DNA of 60,466 nucleotides, filler included, from Jimgerdemannia flammicorona (lineage: Eukaryota): the NCBI GenBank assembly GCA_003990765.1. It is 3 parts of 3 records of this genome, joined end to end, with 100 filler letters (N's around TTAATTAATTAA, not from the genome) between each part and the next. Parts side by side here need not be neighbours in the genome. Positions count along the whole stretch, not along the records: positions 1 to 20,090 come from RBNJ01001762.1; 2 more parts are not named here. The stretch is one strand, 5' to 3'. Each line of letters starts with the position of its first letter. The stretch's first letter is position 1. Below, in pieces: positions 1-12,190 of this stretch. The translations under genes and the position numbers were made by a program. The notes below the pieces were generated by a model. That model worked only from the letters and a program-made list of their open reading frames with translations, made no database searches and was not told where the DNA came from.

Positions 1-3000
1 ACCACTCTTCTGGGCGATATGCTGCACCAGACCCCTGCAGTACCCCCCACCCATCCCCCAATCCCACCACCAGCTATTCAAAATATCCAACATCAACCAT
101 TCTCACCTAGCCATCTTGTCACCAACGCCGACCCGGCGTCCTTCCTCAAATACATAAACCCAATGCCCTGCCAGTCCAACCCACATAGCCAAAGCCCAAC
201 AAAGGGTCAGCCATTCATCCCCAACTCCACCCACCAATCGCCAGCGGAGCTCTCCCCATCTCCCCCCTTCCTCTCCCTCCCTGGCACCCAGCCCTACCCT
301 GTCCATAATACCTCTCCAAAACTCCCCCAAAACCTCGCATTCACCAAGCCAATGTTCAGGCATTTGTATCACTCCTCCCTCCTGACCAACATTGAAACAA
401 TCCTCACACTCAAATACCCCACCATCCACCAAGTGTCCAGGCTGATAGTTCAACATCACATTCTGCCATAGGACTCGCCACCACACCACCCAGAACTTGG
501 GGGGCAGCCACTGCCACACCTGTTTGCTCCAAAGCCAGAGTCTATTCCAATCCCACTCCTCTCCAATTCCAACCCTCTGCCAGGCTTCTGGCCACAGGTC
601 CCCACTAAGGCCCCACAGACACTCCAGACCCTCGCCAAGCTGAAAGTCCTCCACCAGGACCCCTCCCAATAGAAGCCTGTCCCACCGCCACATCCGCAGT
701 CTCCAAACCTCCTCAGCTTCATCACCTCGCCACCGAAGTCCAATCTTCTTAACACCATCCACCACCCCCCACTAAAAGCCCATAAATCGCATCTTCCTGC
801 TCCCTTCCATGGCCACCATTGCAAGCAGATCCCCGGAACCACCACTTGGGGAGTACCAAACCTCCCACAACCTCTACATGAGGGGCACCCACTCCCGCCC
901 CTTGAGCTTGCTCGCCCTTCACAGCCACCAGGCTCTCAGAAATAGAAGTCACTTAGTAAAGTCCACTAGGCCCAGCCCACCTCTTTCCAAGGGCAGTGTG
1001 AGCACCTCCCAACCAACCTGGCTTTGCCATCCTCCCCAGATCCATGACCTTGCTATCTACAACAACTCCTTAACCACCCAAGTTGGGAAATCCAAATGAT
1101 ATCCAACATACCATAGCTTCGGCATCCAGTATACATTCAACACCATCATCCTCCCGGCAAGGGACATATGCCAGCCTCCCCATCTCAGTAAAACATTACC
1201 CCACTCTAGAAGTTTATGGTCCCACCATGCCTGGGGAAGAAGAGATCTGAACACCGAGAAGTAGATCCCCAAGTAGCGCACTGGTTCACCCGCCAGTACC
1301 ACCGTCCCAATAACATCACCACCAACAATTCCAGCACCCAGCACCAGCATCTTGCATTTGTGCCAGTTAAGTTTAGCACCAGAACCCCGCTCATACTATT
1401 CCACAGTCCTCTGTAACTCTCCCACATCTTCCAAGGAGCCCAGCCCGACCACCATATCATCAGCAAAGACCCCCACCTTCTAGTATACCCCTAAATGTCC
1501 AATCCTCCAATCTTACGCCGAATCCTGTCCAGTAGTGGCTCCAGGGAAAGAGCATACAATATGGGTGACAAGGGGTCTCCTTGTGGTACTCCGCATCCCA
1601 GGGGAATCGTCATCCCCTGGTGGCCATTGATGACTAATGCTGCCTGACTGTCCTCCAAGAGGCTGATTAATGATCTTCAGACCCCTGGCAGGATGCCAAT
1701 CTGCTTCAGCACTCCCTCCAGCCATATTCTCTGCACTCTATCATAAGCCTTCTCTTGGTCCAGAAACACCAATGTACCATCCACCCCTGTTGCCCGGGCA
1801 CCTTCAATCACTCCATGAACCCAGGCTGTCCCATCTCAAATCAACCGACCACCAACAAACCCACATTGCTCCACACCAAGAACTTGCTGAGTGATGCCTT
1901 GCAACCTCATCACCAAGATTTTCATCACCAATTTGCAGTCCATATCGAGAAGCATAATCAGCTGCCAGTTCTTCCAGTCCTCTCACCCACCCTTGTCCTT
2001 AAAGAGCAAAGAGACCAGCCCTCAGCACTGTCTCCCAATTCAGGCACCAGACCGAAGAACTCCATCACACATAGCAGTCATTTCCTCTAGCACCTCACCC
2101 ACCCCAGTCATCTTCTGCCAAAAATCCCAGGGAAGCCCATCCTCTCCCAGAGCTGTCCCCTTACTCATTGAGGCTACTACCCTACAAATCTCCTCACCAC
2201 TCATCAGGTCCCCCAATGCCCCAAGTCCCATCACAGGGTCTGGGTGCCAATCCCCCAGCTGTCTTTCAATGTTCAGGGCATCCAATCCCCCATCCTCCTC
2301 ACTCCAAAGATTCCCCCACCGGGTTTGCAGTAGATCCAGAATCACCGGAGTCTCCACCACCAGCTCACCATTCTCATCCAAAACTCCCTCCCACCACTGC
2401 CTTGTTCGTTGTACTTGTAACAACCATGACAAGAATCTGGTAGACCTCTCCCCCTCCTCCAGCCCCTGCCACCGCAGGTGGGCCACCATTCCCTGCAACT
2501 GCTCCTCCTCCTCCCTGTGTAGTACCCCTTTGAGCTCCTCCACCTCCTGCCAGATCCTTGCAATCCACCAATCAGTCATGGCCCCATCCTCCAGCACACC
2601 TACCCATCTCTCCATGAGTGCTGCCAGATGCCGAGAGGCCCACAGCACCCACCGCCTTCACTGGGCACACTTCCCTTTCCCTGCTTCCCTCCAATACTCC
2701 TGAGCCTTTGCCTTCAGCCTTCTCCATCAGTCCCCAATCTCCAGTCCTTGTTCCCACTACCTGCCTATATTTCCAACCACCTCTGATTCATATCCCTCCC
2801 ACAACACCCTATCCTCTAACAGGGAAGAATTTAGTCACCAATGTCCAGACCCATCCTCATTTCCCCCAAACCTCCCCCCTCCAAGCAGCCCCCAGTGATC
2901 AGACCATGGACACCAAATGACTTCCAGCACCAACCAGACATCTGTTCCCCAATACTCTGCCATTAGAACCCAGTCAATCCTGGAGCCCAGTCCTGCTGCC

Positions 3001-3574
3001 CAGTGGGTGTATATCTGCCAATCAGCCCAAAAATGTCTTCCTGAGTCTACAAGAGAACACAACCTCTCCATCTCCAACCAGTTACCCAACTCACCACTTT
3101 CACTCCGCACGCCTCTCCCTCCATCAGTTCTGTCCAACTCCTTATTCTGTACCATGTTGAAGTCACCCCCCATACAGTCTAACCCAACTTCTCCCAACAC
3201 ACCAGCCTCTTTCAATCTGTGGATCCATTCCACCCTCTCCCCTCTCTCAGCTAGGCAGTAACAGGACCCGACCATCAGTGGGCCCCATCCCGGCCTCTTC
3301 CACACTCCCCACACCACCCGAGACCCCCAATGTCCAATGTTCCCAATGTCTCCCATCCCTTTCTGAATGAGAATACACACTTTCCCCTCCAAACTGCTGT
3401 GCCCCCCCATTCCTTAGTCCTATCCTGTAAGTCCACATTTGCCTCATAATGAACATCCTGCAGTAAGAAGAGGTCTGCAACCAGTCCCTTAAGCAAACCA
3501 AATATATACTTCCTCCTATCTGACCCCCGTAGCCCATTAACGTTCAATGAGAAAATCCTAGTTATACTGTTCAT
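1..3574 (-). pseudogene. LINE ORF2: APE endonuclease + reverse transcriptase, disrupted
   Basis: Motifs SLNVNGL, LLQDVH, GGDFN, GSRIDW, SDH (APE); GEDGLP..FW; RT VFADDM at ~1453-1470; RYLGI; W.....SLAGR. Several frameshifts and stops. Confidence 0.9.
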
Positions 3575-3634
3575 ATTGAAGAAATGTTGCAATAGAGACC
3601 CCAACCTATAATTCTATGCTCATCTCATCTCCCA

Positions 3635-5697
3635 TGTAAGCACACAACCTCCAAGCCACTGAAATTACACGTCACCCTCTGAACAAGTCACTGAAATCAC
3701 ACGCGACCTCTGAACAAACCTGGAAATCACCTGCTTGATCAAGAAGCTGAGTCAAACTGAAGTCACAGCTCACAAAGCTGAGTCAATACGAAGTCACAGA
3801 ACACAAGATTTATACAAATGGAATCTTGCCAATCAGGACCAAATGCATATATACTGAGCACCAAGATGCGTCGAATCAGAGAACTAAAACAAACAACAAC
3901 CACAACTTCCAAACACACAAATATGACAACTGAAATCTACAACTGTATCCGCGCTGACATTTGGAATGCCATTGTCAACCAAGCCACACCCCCTCTGCCC
4001 CTCATGAATATCCATAGCCTAGCACTCCTCTACTTCATGGAAGCCTGATAGAATGCTCTGAACATGCTTAGCGAGGCCCACCAAATCGGACAAATCTCAA
4101 GCTACTACCAGATCGGCCACCTCCTAGAAGACATGGTCAAACACCACCATGATACAGACATTACCCAGATGTCTCAACACCAGAAGCTCATCACCTGCAA
4201 ACATCGAGAACTCTTCTATGAGTACAGCACTATTATTCCCCACCTCCGAGTTACTACCAGCGAAATGGTTGCTACCCTGTCCTACAGTCAAATCGATGAC
4301 ATGATACAAGAACTCAACCAGAAGTACCTCGAGTACATCAAAACCACAGACAGAACCTTCCCACACCCCAATGATCATATCCTGCAAATGCCCCAAGTTG
4401 GATATGCCATGAAGGACATCTACAATATAATCCACTTCGATGAAGATGAAGCAGAAGACGATGATCCCTCTGATACTGACATGACCTCTAGCCAAGGATC
4501 TCTGCCAACTCTGATCACTCCACCAACCTTGCCAATGAACTTACAACAGTTCATAACTACATATGAGACTTATTGGGACAATGACCACTGGCATGAATAC
4601 CAACCCACGTTCACTCCAACTACTTCAACTACAATGAAGAAACTGGAGAACACAACCTGTACCTTCAGACAACCCTCGTGATCGAACCAACCACTCCACC
4701 ACCCGAGTATGAGTGATATGAACCACAGCCGCCAGCTTACTACAATCCTGCAACTCATAGTGCTGTAACCTATAGAAGGTACACAGACAGTGAATCTGAT
4801 GAAAGCGAAGACAATACACCCATCCTTCACCCACCAACACCTTATCCAGCCTACGAGACAGACAATGCTATCCTGTGGGATGGAGACGAAGTCCCAATGT
4901 ATTACTACCTCAGCAAACAAGGAGAAGTAATCCGCAAACCACTCTTCCTAGACAACTACTTTATCAGAGATGATGTCATTGATGGTGATGTCATCGAAGA
5001 CTACCTAGACAGCACCTAAACCCATAAATAGCCTAGCAGTCATAGTATAGTTAGATTAGCATTGTATGATGTGACTGTGAATTGACTCAGCAGTCAGACG
5101 ATCTCTTGACATATCAGATCACACTTGTACTACATGACTGCATTCTGACTCAGCAAAGCACTTAGTGCTACATCCATATCTAGCATAGTCCAGATAGCCC
5201 CTCACTAGTATAAATACCCCCTCCCCCAGACCTCAGAATCTCAGACTCGAACACACAAGAACATTTCTGAATACTTCCCCACAATATCCCTTCACACAAC
5301 TACTCCTAGTATAGCAATATCATGAATAGCAAATAAACCTATTCCATAATCCACAAACCACTCTTAAGTAAATCTACTCCCTGTTAGGTCCCACTCCTAA
5401 CCATGTCACGAAATTTCCTAATTGGGTATTGTCTGCAGCGATACGCTAATTCAACTAAGCTGGCCTTAGTTTCTTGAACTTCCTGAAATATGGAAAATCC
5501 TGAACATCCAGAACTAGTCCAAAAAAAGGGACTTTGGTTGAGACGTCAATCCGATCTTGAAATCAATAAGCATAGAGGACATACTCTATACAAAATTGAT
5601 CTTGACCATAAGAAAACAGTCTTTCAGAATATCCAGAATATCCAGAAAACCTTTCCAGAACTACATAATGGTTACCCTAAAAAGTAACCCTCTTACA
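3635..5697 (+). mobile_element. 2.06-kb solo LTR (family X) containing a protein-coding ORF in U3
   Basis: TGTAAG...CTTACA termini; 5-bp TSD TCCCA (3630-3634 / 5698-5702); TATAAA at 5209 and AATAAA at 5332; further copies at 37770-39283, 51865-53857, 53986-55270. Confidence 0.85.
3818..5019 (+). pseudogene. LTR-embedded accessory ORF (~400 codons, disrupted); N-terminal domain homologous to ORF3 at 44426-44887
   Basis: ORFs 3818-4048 and 4064-4681 are in frame across stop codons. Reading continues via frameshifts to ...FIRDDVIDGDVIEDYLDST*. Confidence 0.7.
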
Positions 5698-5702
5698 TCC
5701 CA

Positions 5703-6087
5703 CCAGATCCAAGTGCCGCTCAGCTTCTACTTCACCCTCTGCATTATCCTGAGCATCCAGTACTCCCAAGATTTCCTGACATTCCACTCTGTCCACTTCC
5801 TCCATATCAGCCCTGTAGTCTAAGCAGACAGCACACCACTTCTCCAGTCCCTTCCTCGAATTCCACAAGAAAATTGCTCTATCACTCACAATCCTCCTAA
5901 GTTCCTCCTCCCGCTGATCATCAATCTGATACTCAACCGACTCCAGGAGGACTGCTAGGATCTCATTCCTCATCTTCCTCAGCACCTCCTCTCCCTGTAG
6001 GATCTCCTCCCAATGCTTCTCCTCCAACACCCTGAAGTCCTCACCCCCCAGCTCTTCAGCTGCTACCCCTTCCAAGATCTTCCACAT
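5703..6087 (-). CDS. LINE ORF1b, acidic helical segment in frame after the ORF1 TAG; its end (3606-3634, ...VGDEMSIEL*) is displaced by the LTR insertion
   Basis: Open frame, homologous to copy B (7680-8039). Removing the LTR and one TSD restores a continuous frame to a TAG at 3606-3608. Confidence 0.55.
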
Positions 6088-7392
6088 CTACTTCTCCTCA
6101 TCTACTGCCTCCGCCGCCCCCTGAGTGATTTGTCCTCCATCCACATCGGGGTCCACCAGCGCGCTCCTTCCCACCAACTCATCCCACTCCTCATCTGGCA
6201 CATCCATCAGCTCCTCCTCTCCCTCTGCCCCATCCAGAACACTATACTGAGGGTGCACACCCTCACCCATTTTGGCATCCACCTCCAAATTGCCCTCCCT
6301 CCCCTCCCCACCACCAATCCAAATTCTGCCCTGGGCCATCTCTCCCCCCTCAGCCCAGGCGCTCTCCCATGACCCTACCACTCCCTCTCCTGAGCTTCCA
6401 CCAGCCCCAACCTCGCCCAACTTTGCCAACAGCTCCTTCTGGATCCTCCTCCCCTGCATCTTGTCCCAGGCCCCCTTCTCTATCTGGATCCTCTTCCCAT
6501 CCACCTCCCCCATCACTGTCCTGGCCTCAAACTCCTTCCAGGCCAATTTCCTCCTCGCCACTGCCCCTTCCAGGTCCTCCAGTGCCTCCAACAGGTCCTC
6601 CTCCTCCTCCGGAGTCCCCTTCACCCTGGTGACCTTGCACTCTACCGGTCCCCACCTCAGTGCCACTGGCCAGTCCCTCGACTTCCCTGTATTCTCCTTC
6701 CCAGCCAGCCTCACCCTGACATCAACATCGCCAGTTCTAAGCTCTGTACCCTCCCAGACCTTGAACCCAACATCCACAATCTCACCATACTCCTTGACCA
6801 CCTCCACAACCAACTCCCTGGTCCTTTCCTTTGACATAGTTGGGAGGTCCAACACCATCAACTGCACCACTTGGGGGTCCCAGTGCATGCACTGGGCCAT
6901 AGGAACCACAACTCTGCCAACCATCACCCCCTTCTCCATAGCTGCCAATAAGGCATCTTCCTCCTCAAACCCCACCTCAACCCCTTCCTTTCCCCTCAAG
7001 AACTTCACCAACGCTGCTTCCTTAGCATCCTGTACCACCAGCCCCAAAATTATCCTCGCTGTCACTGCCAAGCCCCGGAAGCATATTGTGACCGCGAATT
7101 CTGACCTCGACTTCTTGAGTAATGGGGCCGACACCATGCCCGTCACCCCATCAGCCAGGTCCCTGGGCCTCATGCCTACTCCAAGTCCCAATTTGCCAAC
7201 TGCTGTCACATCTGGATTTTTTGCCAGATCCCCAATCACAGCCCCATCAACAGTCACATCTCTAGCCCCTACTCCGGCCCCTTCCCTACCCTCAGAAGTA
7301 CCCCGGGGTGCACCTCCCTGACTCCTAGCAGTAGCCATCGATGCCTTCCCCAGGCCCAGCCAACCATCTAGCCCAGAAGCCATCTTCCCCAT
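6088..7392 (-). CDS. LINE ORF1 (Gag-like nucleic-acid chaperone, RRM-like)
   Basis: 434-aa ORF upstream of ORF2 with LxVLDLP..., YGEIVDV pattern typical of L1/Tx1 ORF1. Homologues at 8040-9330 and 57213-57800. Confidence 0.75.
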   Translation of the reverse strand: MGKMASGLDGWLGLGKASMATARSQGGAPRGTSEGREGAGVGARDVTVDGAVIGDLAKNPDVTAVGKLGLGVGMRPRDLADGVTGMVSAPLLKKSRSEFAVTICFRGLAVTARIILGLVVQDAKEAALVKFLRGKEGVEVGFEEEDALLAAMEKGVMVGRVVVPMAQCMHWDPQVVQLMVLDLPTMSKERTRELVVEVVKEYGEIVDVGFKVWEGTELRTGDVDVRVRLAGKENTGKSRDWPVALRWGPVECKVTRVKGTPEEEEDLLEALEDLEGAVARRKLAWKEFEARTVMGEVDGKRIQIEKGAWDKMQGRRIQKELLAKLGEVGAGGSSGEGVVGSWESAWAEGGEMAQGRIWIGGGEGREGNLEVDAKMGEGVHPQYSVLDGAEGEEELMDVPDEEWDELVGRSALVDPDVDGGQITQGAAEAVDEEK

Positions 7393-7669
7393 TTGGACCT
7401 TGTCAGCAAAGGTCGATCTCTCCCCTCCTCTCTGCCTCAGACCGCCCCTCCCTCCGCCACCAGGGCCTCAGCTAGCCATCGAGGCCCCTGGCATCCCCAA
7501 ACCATCTCCCCTCCTCCCCATCTGCTGCCAGCCAAAGGCGCCATCACCCCCCTGGCCAGTATACTCACTAGTTCGATCGTTGCCGTCCATGTTGTTAGTC
7601 GTCAGACACCAAAAACGTTGTAAAAAGTGTTGTCTGAGTCTTGTGTCACCCGAATGTTACTGGTGAAAG

Positions 7670-9591
7670 AGTCAACTTCCAAGTCCCCCTCTGCTACAGC
7701 CTGAGCATCTAATGTCTCCAAGATTTCCTAACGTTTCACCCCTTCCACCACTACCATCTCTGCCTGATAGTCTATATTGACCACTCTCCACTTCTCCAAT
7801 CTCTTCCTTGATCTCCACAAGTAGGCTACCGTGTCATTCACTATTGCCTGGAGTTCCTTCTCTCTCTGATCATTGACCTGATATTCAACTAATTCCAATA
7901 GTACTGCCAGGATCTCATTTCTAACCTTCCTCAACACCTCCTCCTCATGAAGGATTTCCTCCTAATGCCTTTCCTCCATAACCCTGAAGTCCTCTACCCC
8001 CAGCTCCTCTGCTGCCACTCCTTCCAAAGTCTTCCACAGCTATTTCTCCTCATCTACTGCCTCTACCATACCCTGGGCAATCTGACCATCCTCTATCCCC
8101 AGGTCCACCAGAGTGCTTCTCCTCACTGACTCATCCCACTTCTCATCTGGAATATCCAGCAACTCCTCCTCACACTCTGCCCCCCCAGGGACACTATACT
8201 GAGGTTGGACACCTTTACTCATCACTACATCCACCTCTTCCCTGCCCTGCTCCTCCTCCCTTAGTCCAACCCAGGCTCTACCTTGGGCCATCTCAGTCAC
8301 TAGCATGCAACCCTGCTCACCTGACCCCTGTGCTACTGTCAGCCCCACCACCCCCCAATTTCACCAGCAGCTCCTTCTGGATTCTCCTCTCTCACATCTT
8401 CTCCCAGGTCACCTTGTCCACCCTGATCCTCTTCCCCTCGACTACTTCCACCACCATCTTCACTTCAAACTCCTGCCAAGCCAATCTCCTCTCAACCACC
8501 CCCTCCAGGTCCTTGAGAGCCTCAAGCAAATCTTCCTCCTCTTCCAGAGTTCCCTTCACTCACCTGACCTTGCACTCTATTGGTCCCCACCTCAGAGTTG
8601 CTGGCCAAACCCTTGTCTTTCCCATGTTCTCCTTTCCAGCCAGCCTTACCCAGACATCAATGTCACTAGTCTGAAGCTCTATTCCTTCTCAGACCTTAAA
8701 CCCAATGTCCACAATCTCCCTATACTCCTTGACCACCCCTACAATCAACTCCCTGGCCCTCTCCCTTGACATCATAGGAAGATCCAACACTGTCAACTGC
8801 ACCACTTGGGGGTCCCAGTGCATGCACCTGGCCATAGAGATCACCACTCCACCCACTGCTACCCCTTTCTCCATAGCAGCCAACAATACTTCCTCCTCCT
8901 CAAATCCCACCTTGACTCCTTCTTTCCCCTTCAAAAACTTCACTGATGTCACCCCCTTTGCCTCCTACACCACCAGCCCCAAGATCATTCTCACTGTCAC
9001 TGCTAAGCCCCTGAAGCTCATTGTGATAGTGAATTCCAACCTCGATTTCTTGAGTAATGGTGCTGACACCATGCCCATCACCCCATCCACTAGGTCCCCA
9101 GGCCTCATGCCCACCCTCTGTCCTGATCCATCAACCACTGTCACATCTGGATTTTTTTTCAAATCTCCAGTCACAGCCCCATCAACAGTCACATCACCAG
9201 CCCCTACTCCCCCCCCTCCTCTACCACTAGGTGCTCCCCTGGGCACTCCTCTCTGACCCCCAGTAGTAGCCATTGACATCTTCCCCAGGTCTAGCTAGCT
9301 ATCCAGACCTGAGGTGATCCTCCCCATCTTGACCTTATCAGCAAAGGTCGACCCCTCCCCTCCTCACTGCCTCAAGCCACCCCTCCCTTCGCCACCAGAG
9401 CCTCAGCCAGCCATCATGGCCCCCAGCATCCCCAAACCATCTCCCCTCCTCCCCACCTATTGCCAGTAATAGGCACCACCACCCCCCTGGCCAGCATACT
9501 CACCAGATCAATTGTTGCCATCTATATCGATAGTTGTCTGTCACTAAAAATGTTGAGAAAAGTGTTGTCTGAGTCTTGTGTCACCTGAATG
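7670..9591 (-). mobile_element. LINE copy B (5'UTR + degenerate ORF1/ORF1b), cut by copy A
   Basis: Collinear similarity to 5715-7656 with the same 5' terminus; many stops. Confidence 0.85.
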
Positions 9592-9599
9592 GTATCAGT

Positions 9600-11051
9600 G
9601 AAAGATGAGCCTCCAATGACAATTACTATTTTTGCCATCAAGTTTGCTCAAGCACCACCTGAAAGCATTGCCAAACCAATTTCCCAGATATTCCAAATCT
9701 CACAGAGAAAAGGCCTTACAAATCAGACATTAGGTGTGCTTTCGGTGCAGCCAACAAATGTATTAAGAAAGTACATGATGACCAACTGAGGCAAGAAGTC
9801 ATAAGAGTGATAGAAAATCGTGCGAAAATTATGAAATGTTTATCATACCATACTGGCTTCAAGGTGAATATCAAAGCATAGAACAAGCAAGGTTATCTAG
9901 ATAGAATTGTCATCATGGATGAATATGAAAAACTGCTGGCCATATTTGAATGAGTACTAGTGAAGAATGACAAAACACTTTATATATAACTGATGGATAG
10001 CAGGCTTGTGCATTTTGTTGAGTAGGGTAGTGATAGAGAAGATAGAGAGGTGGGAGAAGTCAGTGCCAGTGGAGGAGTCAGTGTCAGTAGAGAGGTCAGT
10101 GGAGAGATCAGTGCAGAGAAGGTCAGTATGGGAGAGGTTGGCACAGGGGAGGTCAGTGCAGAGGAATATGGAGAGGTCAGCATGGGGGAGGTTAGTACAG
10201 AGGAACATAGAGAGGTCAGTACAGAGGAATATAGGGAGGTCAGCATGGGAGAGGTCAGTGTAGAGGAATATGGGGAGATTGGCATCAGGGTGATCAGTGT
10301 GGAGGAACATGGGGAGGTCGGTGAGGAGGAATATGGGAAGGTTGGTGCAGAGGACAAAATGAAGATTGATATGAAGGAGGCCAGCACAGAGAAGGATATA
10401 GAGGAGGAGGATATAAAGGAAAGCAGTTTGGAATATATGGAAGAAGATGGTTCAGAATATGAGAAAGAAGAGGATCAGTTCGTTTATAGTGATGAAGAGT
10501 AAGATCTGTTCACACCAGTAAGTTCTTTATTTTCCTGATTTACTTCCTATTTATTTCTGATTTTATTTTGATTTCTGATTCCTAATTGTGTTTCTGTTTG
10601 TTTATTCTAAATATATATCTTAGATATGCAATAAATTTTTTTTGGTGCCTTGTAGCTTAAAGGTGAATTAAAGATGAGTCTGTGTCAGATTTAATATAGG
10701 TCAGAGTCAGGTCATGTATATTTCTTGGGTTGGGTCACATATATTTCTTTGGTTAGATTATGTATATTTCTCAGATTGGGTTAAAGACAGGTTATATATA
10801 ATTCTGGATTGGGTTAAAGATGGGTGACATTTGTTTCCAGATCAGGTTAAAGATAGGTGACATATAATTCCAGGTTGGGTTAAAGATGGGTGATATATTA
10901 TCCTAAGTTGGGTTAAAGATAGGTGACATATAATTTCAGGTCAGATTAAAGATGGGTGATGTATAATTCCAGATTGGGTTAAAGACAGATGATGTATAAT
11001 TCTGAGTTGGGTTAAATATGTACATGGGTCAGCTTGGGTTACAATGCACTA
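9600..11051 (-). mobile_element. Putative hAT-like DNA transposon end with CpG-depleted 33-bp subterminal repeats; left boundary uncertain
   Basis: ~10440-11051 is the reverse complement of 59893-60466. Terminus TAGTGCA; ACCCGACCCG-type subterminal repeats. Confidence 0.6.
10050..10502 (+). repeat. Glu-rich low-complexity ORF built from ~15/39-bp repeats (EVSxEEYGEVSMG), probably the 3' part of a transposon-borne gene
   Basis: Periodic GAGGTCAG(T/C) motifs. The C-terminus EDQxVYSDEE* is also present at 60378-60466 (minus strand). Confidence 0.5.
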
Positions 11052-11729
11052 GTTGAAGGTAGGGTTTATCCAACTTATAAAGAGTACTAGAATATATGTA
11101 TAATAATTTGGTTGGCAGTCCAAGCAGCTGAGGGACCAGTTATCTATGCTCTATGTATCAGTATTATTTATATATAATGCCATGCAATTTCCTCCAATTG
11201 TGGTTTCAATTGGACAATCAATTGTTGTATTTTTAGAATTCTAGCATATTTTTGTATAGAGTTGTGCCTATATCACCCTCACTATTTGGAATAAATTATA
11301 AGCACTGTGTCCGTCATATTTGTACCAGAAATATACAAGTACTGCAGAGCAAGTCATTCGGGATATTTATTGTTACTTTAAAGTTATTCTTTTCCTAGTG
11401 AATGCCGGTTACCGTTTGAACTATAGGGGTTTTGGCTTCATATTTTCACCAAGCCACCATTTCTCCGTCTCATCCTTATCTAAATCATCCGTTTCACCGC
11501 TTCCAAATGTATGTCATTGACAGTTCTATTCTCTGTACTCAGTAGTCAGCATCACCAGTTTGGTCTTAGTCTTATTTCATTTTTTATTTTTATTTTTATT
11601 TTTATAGTTTAGTCTTATTTCATTCCTTTTTGTCTTAGTTAACAAAATCAAGTCACGCCTATAAATATATATTCTGCATCATGTGACTGGTAGGGCCATT
11701 CTTTTCTATTTACTCGCTTGCTTCCTCGC

Positions 11730-12190
11730 TTCCTCGTCTTTCGCCTTCCTCGCCTCGCCATTCGCCTGCCTCGCCATTCGCCTGGCATTCGTCTCCTCGC
11801 CATTCTCTTGCTACTCTTCTCTTTGCCATTCTCCTCTTTGCCATTCTCCTCTTTGCCATTCTATTCTCCTCGTTGCCATTCTTCTCATCTTCGCCTGCTA
11901 CGTCAGATGGCATGAATGGCGTGAACGGCATGAACTGTGAATGGTGTGAACGGCATACCATCGCGTGAACAGGTTGAACAGAGTGAACAGCGCGCAGCGT
12001 GACCGGCGTGAACACGAACCGGTGAGGGGAGCAGATGAACAAGTGAATAACGATCAAGCAATTGTCGAATATTTGAACAACAGTAAGGTAGATTAACAAT
12101 AAACAGAGGAGAAGCATAGCGAAGGAATGGCGAGGAGAAGAATGACGAGGAGGAGAATGGCCGGTGAACGGCGAGCACTCAAATGGCAAG
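11730..12190. repeat. CpG-rich cluster of CGCCATTC(T)CCTC repeats, central CGTGAAC repeats and inverted GAATGGCGAGGAG repeats
   Basis: Direct 18-bp repeats (CTCTTTGCCATTCTC) at ~11815-11865; complementary motifs at 12125-12165. Confidence 0.55.

Larger units (their letters stand above)
1..7656 (-). mobile_element. Non-LTR retrotransposon (L1/Tx1-like LINE), copy A; 3' end outside window; interrupted by a solo LTR at 3635-5697
   Basis: ORF1 (6088-7392) followed by APE endonuclease + RT ORF2. The 5' end (minus strand CATTCGGGTGACACAAGACTCAGAC) matches the 5' end of copy B at 9591. Confidence 0.9.

Noticed and set aside
6272..7321. 349-aa Ser/Pro/Thr-rich plus-strand ORF (likewise 1891-2703, 8705-9256)
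   Set aside because: Antisense shadows of purine-rich LINE ORFs.
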